Below are positions 45,366 to 57,165 of a stretch of 57,165 nt of DNA, piece by piece; within the stretch, counting starts at the first letter, position 1, and every line of letters begins with the position of its first letter. The stretch is from NCBI GenBank assembly GCA_964016885.1, contig CAXHJY010001208.1, positions 1 to 57,165 of the forward strand, in the 5' to 3' direction. Both the position numbers and the translations under genes were made by a program. Source of the DNA: Eledone cirrhosa (taxonomy: Eukaryota). Under the pieces are notes generated by a model, which was not told the origin of the DNA, did not search any database, and was given only the letters and a program-made list of their open reading frames with translations.

Positions 45366-46887
45366 AATAAATCTTATTCGTCGCACCACTGATTCTCCGT
45401 TTCTTATGTGATATATATATATGTATATATATTCACCCTACAGACCCTGAACTCCCTATTCCTTTAGCCCCCCCCCCCCCCCACACACACACACATATCC
45501 CCCACTAACACACTCCTCCTTTTCACCGCCCACCCCGCAACTAACAATACTAACACCCCCACCCTACCCCCGACCGCCCTCCCCAACTAACAATACTAAA
45601 CCCCCCATCCCCCTATCACGCACACACTCACCGGTACATATATACATGCACTCACACTAACCACACACCCTACTACCACCACTAACATCCCCCCGACCCC
45701 ACGCACACGAACACCCACACCCACTTACACCACCCACTCTACACACCCTACCACCACTGACCCCACTAACACACTCGCAATCAACCCTTTCCCCACCACT
45801 AGTATACTAACACCCACTAACACCCCCTTCACCACACACACACTCATCCAAACACGCACATACACACCACTACACTCCCTCCACCGACCTCCACACCTTT
45901 CTCTCCCTATCCACCCACACCCCTTCACATACACACACATCCCACTAACACCTCTACTAATACACCCCCCCCCCCCTCACACCTACCCATCCTGTCCACC
46001 GCACCTCCGCACACACTGACACCGACTTTCTTCACTTACCATTCTCCCCGACTGCTGCTATGCCCTGACCCTCTGACCACCTCTCCGCACACACAGACAC
46101 ACAACCCTCCTCCTGCCTTGACCCTCTGACCACTTCCTGTTGCGCGCGCACCCCACATCTCCCCTCTTCCGACCAACCCAACCATGGATTACACACATTG
46201 GACATCGCCCCCACGAATGTACTCCATCACTAGGAAAATATCCGGCACCCCACCACACCCTCTATGGAACTACCTTAGGAACTTAGCCACTGATGTACAC
46301 TCAAACATTTTTTTTTCCCACACGCCACCTACATCCACAATACGTATAAGCACCACACACACGTGCGTACCCCCACATATTTACACAATCAGCTTCCGGA
46401 ATCCTCTCCCCCTTCCCCCACCCCTCTGACCCCTCACCATCCACACACGTAAACACACCGACATACACCCCACCCTACACACCTTTTCCTGAACATGGAA
46501 CCCCGTTCTTCCCCCAACTCTCACATTCACACACACACACCTTCAGCCCTCCCCGCTCGGACACCCGGCCACTTTCGCCCCACTCCACCCGCCACCACCC
46601 CTACACGCCCCACACCCTTCCTCCACTTGATTATCTACATGTTTCTTTATATTTTTATGTTTTTCTATTTATTTTCATTTGTACCCCTTCCACCATTTCC
46701 TGTCACCCCCTTTTTTCTAAATGTCTCTCCCCCACTCCCCTAAACACCCTTGGAACTCTCTTCCCACACACTTTTCGCCTGAAGAAGGGCTAATGTCAAA
46801 AACGTCCCCGCCCACACTCTCAAGAGCGTGAAACTAATAAACCTTTGTTCGTACTGCCTCTGTTTTGTTCCCGTTCCATTTTTCACT

Positions 46888-48014
<1,127 letters not shown>

Positions 48015-48384
48015 TTCAAGATACACCCAAGGCTTGGGCCCCGTGCTATCCGTCCCATTCAAAAATCTAAATCGCAACTCATAACAACAATACGGCACAA
48101 TTATTTCACCTCAATCGGCCCTGCTCTCTTCAACATCACACCAGGACACGTCAAAACAGAAACTGACCACACAAAATTCAAGAAGTCTTTGGACAAATTC
48201 CTCCAAGTAATCCCGGACAAACCACCCACACCCGGATATGTCTCCGCAAACAGTAATTCTCTTCTCGAATGGGCCATGGTGCCCAAATCCTGAATTGAAA
48301 GACTTCGCCAGGTGGTGCTATTAAGTTAGACATGGCCTGGGCCAATACTGGCCAAAACATTTCAAAGTTATTCAAAGTTATTCA
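48015..48384 (+). mobile_element. CR1-group LINE 3' end
   Basis: [11 protein letters not shown]...FKKSLDKFL...NSLLEW, 3' UTR and TTCAAAGTTA tandem tail; near-identical to 56358-56723. Confidence 0.88.
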
Positions 48385-48390
48385 TATATG

Positions 48391-48445
<55 letters not shown>

Positions 48446-48541
48446 GTATATATATATGTATATATATATATATATGTATATATATATGTATATGTATATA
48501 TATATATATGTATATATGTATATATATATGTGTATATGTAT

Positions 48542-48573
<32 letters not shown>

Positions 48574-48586
48574 GTATATATATATG

Positions 48587-48637
<51 letters not shown>

Positions 48638-48706
48638 GTATATATATGTATATATATATATGTATATATATGTATATATATGTATATATATTTTCATTTT
48701 GTTTCA

Positions 48707-48738
<32 letters not shown>

Positions 48739-48847
48739 GTATATATATGTATATATATGTATATATATGTATATATATATATATATGTATATATATGTAT
48801 ATATATATATATATGTATATATATGTATATATATTTTCATTTTGTTT

Positions 48848-48897
<50 letters not shown>

Positions 48898-48998
48898 GTA
48901 TATATATGTATATATATATATATGTATATATATGTATATATATGTATATATATATATATATATGTATATATATGTATATATATGTATATATATGTATA

Positions 48999-49043
<45 letters not shown>

Positions 49044-49155
49044 GTATATATATGTATATATATATATATATGTATATATATGTATATATATATATATATG
49101 TATATATATGTATATGTATATATATGTATATATATATATATATATATGTATATGT

Positions 49156-49207
<52 letters not shown>

Positions 49208-49212
49208 GTATA

Positions 49213-49251
<39 letters not shown>

Positions 49252-49294
49252 GTATATATATGTATATATATATATATATATATGTATATGTATA

Positions 49295-49359
<65 letters not shown>

Positions 49360-49378
49360 GTATATATGTATATGTATA

Positions 49379-49437
<59 letters not shown>

Positions 49438-49450
49438 ATGTATATGTATA

Positions 49451-49521
<71 letters not shown>

Positions 49522-49526
49522 GTATA

Positions 49527-49597
<71 letters not shown>

Positions 49598-49602
49598 GTA
49601 TA

Positions 49603-49639
<37 letters not shown>

Positions 49640-49660
49640 GTATATATATGTATATGTATA

Positions 49661-49711
<51 letters not shown>
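48385..49711. repeat. Compound (TA)n/(TATG)n microsatellite
   Basis: About 1.3 kb; contains TTTTCATTTTGTTTCAA twice. Confidence 0.98.
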
Positions 49712-49712
<1 letters not shown>

Positions 49713-49772
49713 AAATATTAAAAAAATTATGAATAAAACAATGAAACAGTTTCTTATATTAAACAAAAAAAG

Positions 49773-49927
49773 TTCATTATTTAACGATCGTTTCTAGGAT
49801 ATATATGTGTTAGAATTGGCATGCATATTCAACAGATCTATGTACAAAATTATACAAAATTATACAAACTATCAAGATTAAATATACATACCAAACACAC
49901 ATATATGCCGTCTTCAGAAATAATGAA
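49773..49927 (-). ncRNA. Type I hammerhead ribozyme, near-identical to 6800-6950
   Basis: 10-bp stem I TTCATTATTT/AAATAATGAA, CTGAAGA, long stem II, GAAA-CGATCG-TT; lies within an element spanning about 49712-50178. Confidence 0.85.
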
Positions 49928-50177
49928 ATATATTTATTGATAATAACAACAATTCAAAATTTCAGGTCCGTTTGGGAACAAAGTTCAAATTGACCAATGA
50001 AAATACAAAAAATTTTATGCAGTTTGGTGTGTGTATATACATGTAATTAACTTCGTACACATATTTACATAAAGATATATGCTCACATGCATACGCATGC
50101 CAAAAAGATGTATGCAAATACAAAAATTCAAGGCTAATGTCTCTGTAAGTTTATAATCCACAGATAAAATCCACAGA

Positions 50178-50218
<41 letters not shown>

Positions 50219-50309
50219 GTATATATATATGTATATATATGTATATATATGTATATATATGTATATATATATATATGTATATGTATATATATATGTATAT
50301 ATATATATA

Positions 50310-50640
50310 TCATTTCATTTTACGTCCGCTTTTCCCTGCTTGCAAGGGTGGGACGGGAACTGATTCTGGCTTGATTTCTACAGCTGGATGCCCTTCCTAA
50401 CACCAACCTCATTTACAGTGAGTGCTGGGTGCTTTTTTGCCGTGGCACCTACACGACCACTTTGCAGTGGAATGATAGGGACCTCAGTCCCTATCATCTC
50501 ATTTCTACAGCTGAGTAAACTGGAGCAATTTGAAATAAAGTGTTTTGCTCAAGGAAACAACACACCACCCGGTCTGAGAATTGAACTCACAACCTTTCGA
50601 TTGCAAGGCCAATGCTCTAACCACTAAGCCATGTGCCTCC
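50310..50640 (-). mobile_element. tRNA-derived SINE (family of 24627-24958)
   Basis: High similarity over the full length. Confidence 0.88.
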
Positions 50641-51166
<526 letters not shown>

Positions 51167-51294
51167 AAATGTAGGAGGTGAGTTTTATTGTAGTACAATA
51201 AAGCAATGCAGATATCGGATAAGAAGCACTCTACAGTTTGTGGGACTGGAGTATGCATAATATAAGATCAAAAGATGGTTAAAGGAGTTCAATA

Positions 51295-51365
51295 TATTTT
51301 ATTATGCGCATTTCAAAAACAAACATCATCAAACAATAATATTTGTGTTTTCATCAGATAAAACA
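51295..51365 (-). ncRNA. Type I hammerhead ribozyme (inverted copy of 54661-54731)
   Basis: Reverse complement of 54661-54731. Confidence 0.85.
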
Positions 51366-52621
51366 GGAGAACATGATATGAAGGCTAAAAAAACACTTGT
51401 TGATAGTGCAGTTTTAAATCAACATATGAAAAGTGGTTTTAGATTGATGTGTGATATTGGGAAAAATATTTTATTTAGAGAGGGGGGGAGAGAAAAGGAT
51501 GAAAAGGGAAGGAGATGAGAGGGAGAGATGGGTGATAGAGAGAAAGAGATAGTTTTTATAACAGAGAGGAGATATATTTTATATAGAGGGGTTGAAAACC
51601 GTTGGAAGATACTGTATAAATTAAAAATTTTGAAAATAAACGAAGGGAGGATATGTGCGAGGAAAAAATATATTATATTTAGGGAGGGGTGGGGGTGGAA
51701 AGGATGAAAAAAAGGGAGGAGATGAGAGTGAAGGTGGAAAGGGAGAGATGGGTGATAGAGAGAAAGAGATAGTTTTTATAACTGAGAAAAAGATATAATG
51801 TTTTAATATAGAGAGGTTGGGAACCGTTGGAAGATAATGTATAAATTAAAGGAATTTGAAAATTAACGAAGGGAAATTATGTATGGAGATAGAGAGAAAA
51901 AAATAACGAAGGGAGATTATGTATGGAGATAGAGAGAAAAAAAATAATAATTGTGGGTGAATATTCAAAAGGAGAAATGTAGGAATCTTAAAATTAGCAA
52001 AGAGAAAAAGTTTATGTATAGGATTTGAGAAAAATTTATATTGAATTCATATGTATTAATAATGAGTTCGTTGATGGGGAGAAAAAAATAATAATAATAA
52101 ATTAAGGATGAAATTGAGATTAAAAAGATTTATGATAGAGAGAAAAAAAAAATAATAATGATTGCGGATGAATACTCAAAATGTCAAAAACAAATGTTAT
52201 TGTTTTACGAAGAGATATAATGAGGGTGATGAGTAAACGGGTATTATAGAGTGTATAATGCCCTTTAAAGTAAGGTAGATGGGTATATTTTAAAGAATAT
52301 ATGAGTATATATTAAAAAAAATATATATAATAATAAATTAAGGATGAAATTGAGATTAAAAAGATTTATGATAGAGGGAAAAAAAAAAAAAAATAATAAT
52401 GATTGCGGATGAATATTCAAAATGTCAAAAACAAATGTTATTGTTTTACGAGAAGATAGGATGAGGTAAATGAATAAACGAGTACTATAGAGTGTATAAT
52501 GCCCTTTAAAGTAAGGTAGATGGGTATATTTTAAAGAGGTGTATGTATATGTGCCTTTGAGCACTTAATGGTGTGTTTGTTAAATATTTTACTATAGATA
52601 TGTGAGGGAGGGAAGCATTTA

Positions 52622-53437
52622 TTTATTTTTAGTGCCTTAAATAAATGCTTCCCTCCCTCACATATCTATAGTAAAATATTTAACAAACACACCATTAAAT
52701 TTTCGTATTCTACATCCTCCAATATTTCCAACATCATTTCTAAACACAACAACAAAATATTAAATACTAAATCTCTTCCTTCCAATATTGAATCTCATAA
52801 TAACAATAATAGTACTCCTGACGTCATTGTAAACCCTAGGCTAACTTCTGTAAACCCAAATGCAACGTCAAACACAACTTCGCTAAATGTTCATAATCCA
52901 ACTCTAAATCAAGAAACTATTATTCCTATTATTCCTATCGCAAACAACTTCTCCAATCCAATTCCTTCTATAGATAACACTAGATCACTCATTAATAATC
53001 TCTCTAATTGCAACTGCCGCATTAAAAATAAATGTCCTCTCAACAACCATTGCCTCGATAAAAACTTAATTTATGAATGTAAAATTATAACTAGCACCAA
53101 CTCCTTCACCTATTTTGGCTCCACTTCCACCTCTTTTAAAGCTCGTCTCTATAATCATCATTCATCTTTCAAATACAAACTTAAAAGAACTAACACTGCT
53201 CTCTCAGAACTCATATGGTCCTTAAAAGACAAAAACATTAAATATAACATCTTTTGGAAAAAGATTTCTTCTGCATCCTCGTACTTGAACAGTTCTCTAT
53301 CTAAAATCTGTAATCTCTGCCTAAATGAAAAATTTACCATTATCTCTAACCTAGAATCCATAATAAATAGACGCTCGGATTTGTTTTCCATCTGCCTTCA
53401 TAAATTCCATAGAACTTTTCACAAAGTATACAGTTAA
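52622..53437 (+). CDS. PLE linker plus GIY-YIG endonuclease fragment (no Met, absent from the ORF track)
   Basis: Manual translation: FSALNKCFPPSHIYSKIFNKHTIKFSYS...CNCRIKNKCPLNNHCLDKNLIYEC...TYFGSTSTSFKARLYNH...CNLC...CLH, stop at 53435-53437; homologous to 9046-9945. Confidence 0.85.
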   Translation, partial: FIFSALNKCFPPSHIYSKIFNKHTIKFSYSTSSNISNIISKHNNKILNTKSLPSNIESHNNNNSTPDVIVNPRLTSVNPNATSNTTSLNVHNPTLNQETIIPIIPIANNFSNPIPSIDNTRSLINNLSNCNCRIKNKCPLNNHCLDKNLIYECKIITSTNSFTYFGSTSTSFKARLYNHHSSFKYKLKRTNTALSELIWSLKDKNIKYNIFWKKISSASSYLNSSLSKICNLCLNEKFTIISNLESIINRRSDLFSICLHKFHRTFHKVYS

Positions 53438-54660
53438 TATTCAATTCTTTATCAATTTAGAATCTTTTCTCAAAGGCACATATACATACACCTCTTTAAA
53501 ATATACCCATCTACCTTACTTTAAAGGGCATTATACACTCTATAGTACTCGTTTATTCATTTACCTCATCCTATCTTCTCGTAAAACAATAACATTTGTT
53601 TTTGACATTTTGAATATTCATCCGCAATCATTATTATTTTTTTTTTTCCCTCTATCATAAATCTTTTTAATCTCAATTTCATCCTTAATTTATTATTATA
53701 TATATTTTTTTTAATATATACTCATATATTCTTTAAAATATACCCATCTACCTTACTTTAAAGGGCATTATACACTCTATAATACCCGTTTACTCATCAC
53801 CCTCATTATATCTCTTCGTAAAACAATAACATTTGTTTTTGACATTTTGAGTATTCATCCGCAATCATTATTATTTTTTTTCTCTCTATCATAAATCTTT
53901 TTAATCTCAATTTCATCCTTAATTTATTATTATTATTTTTTTCTCCCCATCAACGAACTCATTATTAATACATATGAATTCAATATAAATTTTTCTCAAA
54001 TCCTATACATAAACTTTTTCTCTTTGCTAATTTTAAGATTCCTACATTTCTCCTTTTGAATATTCACCCACAATTATTATTTTTTTTTCTCTCTATCTCC
54101 ATACATAATCTCCCTTCGTTATTTTTTTCTCTCTATCTCCATACATAATTTCCCTTCGTTAATTTTCAAATTCCTTTAATTTATACATTATCTTCCAACG
54201 GTTCCCAACCTCTCTATATTAAAACATTATATCTTTTTCTCAGTTATAAAAACTATCTCTTTCTCTCTATCACCCATCTCTCCCTTTCCACCTTCACTCT
54301 CATCTCCTCCCTTTTTTTCATCCTTTCCACCCCCACCCCTCCCTAAATATAATATATTTTTTCCTCGCACATATCCTCCCTTCGTTTATTTTCAAAATTT
54401 TTAATTTATACAGTATCTTCCAACGGTTTTCAACCCCTCTATATAAAATATATCTCCTCTCTGTTATAAAAACTATCTCTTTCTCTCTATCACCCATCTC
54501 TCCCTCTCATCTCCTTCCCTTTTCATCCTTTTATCTCCCCCCCTCTCTAAATAAAATATTTTTCCCAATATCACACATCAATCTAAAACCACTTTTCATA
54601 TGTTGATTTAAAACTGCACTATCAACAAGTGTTTTTTTTAGCCTTCATATCATGTTCTCC

Positions 54661-54731
54661 TGTTTTATCTGATGAAAACACAAATATTATTGTTTGATGA
54701 TGTTTGTTTTTGAAATGCGCATAATAAAATA
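54661..54731 (+). ncRNA. Type I hammerhead ribozyme at the PLE 3' end
   Basis: TGTTTTAT-CTGATGA-[AAACACAAATATTATT...GATGATGTTTGTTTTT]-GAAA-TGCGCA-TA-ATAAAATA. Confidence 0.85.
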
Positions 54732-54908
54732 TATTGAACTCCTTTAACCATCTTTTGATCTTATATTATATATATATGTATATATATATGTATATATATA
54801 TATATGTATATATATATGTATATATATATGTATATATATATATATATGTATATATATATGTATATATATGTATATATATATGTATATATATATATATGTA
54901 TATATATG

Positions 54909-54940
<32 letters not shown>

Positions 54941-54944
54941 TTAT

Positions 54945-55552
54945 GTCAGGTCACCAGTTGGTGCTACTGGTAACATGTATCCCAGTACAACCTGTCTCAT
55001 GGTCGGGTCGTTGGCGACTAAACTGGCAACCCCACCAAGGTTTCTTGGTGAGGAGGGTGACTTTGGACATCCTGCAGGACTAAAAACAAAATCTGTCAAA
55101 GGGCAAGGGAGCTCTTAAGACTCAATAGCCATCCAAAATCACCGGGAGAGATGACCCCTTAGCCTTTGTCAAGGCAGAATTCTAGGAGAAGGAAAACTCT
55201 GATATAACACCTGCAACCCTGATGGTATCCAATGATGTTGACTTGTTCTTCTTTTTGGTAAATATCATCTTGGTTAAGAGAGTGGGACTGGCTTTGTGCA
55301 GTGCCTTTGCTCACTATAAAAGCTTCACAGCACAGGCATTGCTTTGTATCTGGAGATCTCTCTGCACTTGTCATCACATGGTACCATGGGCCCTGCACTA
55401 TGTGTCAATAATGGTCACAAGTGTAGTCTTTGTACCAGAGTTTTCAAGTCGCTGGCTGGACTAAAAAGTCACATTCGTTCAGCGCATCGGTAGGGGTTCT
55501 CCTACATGGATATAAAGTAGTGGCCGTACTCGAAAACGAGTTGGCAGCCACC
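54945..55552 (+). mobile_element. Bipartite non-autonomous RTE derivative (5' leader plus 3' end), ~610 bp
   Basis: RTE-like 5' motif TCTAGGAGAAGGAAAACTCTGA; C2H2 remnant CSLCTRVFKSLAGLKSHIRSAHR* (55422-55493); 3' stem-loop GTGGCCGTACTCG AAAA CGAGTTGGCAGCCAC; flanked by (TA)n. Confidence 0.7.
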
Positions 55553-55614
<62 letters not shown>

Positions 55615-55637
55615 GTATATATATATGTATATATATA

Positions 55638-56723
55638 CAGCCAAAGTCAGTAGTGGAGTCCCACAAGGCACTGTGTTGGGCCCACTTCTCTTCATCATCT
55701 ATATTAATGACATCACTGACATCATCAAACACAGCAACATTAAAATTTTCGCTGATGATTCCAAGCTCCAAAAGGTCATCAATGGCGTGGATGACCGGAT
55801 AAGCCTTCAGTCAGACCTACTGGCTGTTACCCAATGGGCAGAAAAGAACAACATGTTACTGAACGAAGACAAATTCGAACTGATCCACTTTGGAAAAGAG
55901 GATGCTCTGAAACTCCCGTACTCCCTTCACTCCGGGGAAACTCTCGTGGCATCTAACAACATCAGAGACTTGGGAGTAACCGTGGACAGCAACATAAGCT
56001 GGACCACGCATATAAGCAGCAAAGTTGACATGGCCCGCAGAATGTGTTCCTGGATCCTCAGAACCTTCCAGTCGAGAGATTCCCGCACCATTATCCTTCT
56101 CTTCTCTACTTTCGCCCGACCACACCTTGAATACTGTTGTCCACTGTGGTCTCCCCACACGAAACAAAGTATCATGAAACTTGAAGCTCCTCAAAGGGCA
56201 ATCACGAAAAAGATAGATGGCATGTCAGACCTTGACTACTGAGGTTGATTAGAAAACCTGAAACTTTACTCACTCCAACGTCGCCGTGAGCGTTATATTA
56301 TCTGCATGATGTGGAAAATGTTCCATCATCACTGCCCAAATGATGTTGGCATCGCCTGCAAGATACACCCAAGGCTTCGGCCCCGTGCTATCCGTCCCAT
56401 TCAAAAATCTAAATCGCAACTCATAACAACAATACGGCACAATTATTTCACCTCAATCGGCCCTGCTCTCTTCAACATCACACCAGGACACGTCAAAACA
56501 GAAACTGACCACACAAAATTCAAGAAGTCTTCGGACAAATTCCTCCAAGTATTCCCGGACAAACCACCCACACCCGGATATGTCTCCGCAAGCAGTAATT
56601 CTCTTCTCGAATGGGCCATGGTGCCCAAATCCTGAATTGAAAGACTTCGCCAGGTGGTGCTATTAAGTTAGATATGGCCTGGGCCAATACTGGCCAAAAC
56701 ATTTCAAAGTGATTCAAAGTTAT
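55638..56723 (+). mobile_element. CR1-group LINE, 5'-truncated within RT
   Basis: GVPQGTVLGPLLFIIYINDI, FADDSK, RDLGV, RPHLEYCCPLWSP; two in-frame TGA stops near 56240; tandem tail. Confidence 0.9.
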
Positions 56724-56948
56724 GTATATATACATATGTTTATATATATAAATACATATGTATATATACATATAGATATATATATATATGTATATATACG
56801 TATATATATATATATATATATATATATGCATGTATATATATGTATATATACATATGTATATATATATGTATATTTATATATGTATATATATGTATGTATA
56901 TATATGTATATATACATATGTATATATATATATGTATATATACATATG

Positions 56949-56979
<31 letters not shown>

Positions 56980-56980
56980 G

Positions 56981-57012
<32 letters not shown>

Positions 57013-57078
57013 CATATGTATATGTATATATATGTATGTATATATATGTATATATATATGTATATATATATATATATG

Positions 57079-57159
<81 letters not shown>

Positions 57160-57165
57160 GTATGT
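56724..57165. repeat. Compound (TA)n/(TATG)n microsatellite
   Basis: Direct reading. Confidence 0.98.

Larger units (their letters stand above)
51170..54769 (+). mobile_element. Penelope-like element (Hydra-like), 5'-truncated, with an inverted 1.3-kb copy of its 3' region
   Basis: Arms 51257-52561 and 53469-54769 are near-identical inverted repeats; 61-bp fold-back (52565-52625 / 52638-52698) at the truncation; flanked by (TA)n. Confidence 0.9.

Noticed and set aside
55430-55637. N-terminus of the 270-aa ORF
   Set aside because: Chance read-through from another element and a TA tract into CR1 RT.
56238-56250. In-frame TGA codons as selenocysteine or recoding
   Set aside because: They fall where Trp and Arg codons are expected; ordinary point mutations in a dead copy.

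Overview
AT-rich animal genomic DNA, almost entirely transposon-derived and broken up by (TA)n/(TATG)n/(CA)n microsatellites. The SINE and RTE repertoire suggests an octopod cephalopod (inference only). One host coding exon is recognisable: the first exon of an ING1/ING2-like gene (39089-39230, +); the rest of the window is probably its first intron. Mobile DNA includes many RTE LINE copies (one with an intact, 5'-truncated RT ORF containing a PHD-like finger), CR1-group LINE fragments, tRNA-derived SINEs, non-autonomous Helitrons, and decayed hAT and Tc1 elements. Penelope-like elements (PLEs) of two types are present: a CxCx5C/CxxC 'Hydra-like' type and a Neptune-like type. The main hidden signal is RNA-level. 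By manual folding I find about 14 type I hammerhead ribozyme motifs plus several decayed ones, on both strands. They include U3-A8 core variants and very long stem II versions. They lie at PLE 3' ends, in terminally redundant retrozyme-like units and in a perfect fold-back palindrome. Two lie in sense orientation in the presumed ING intron, which also holds a 1.3-kb inverted repeat. All structures were read by eye and none is validated.
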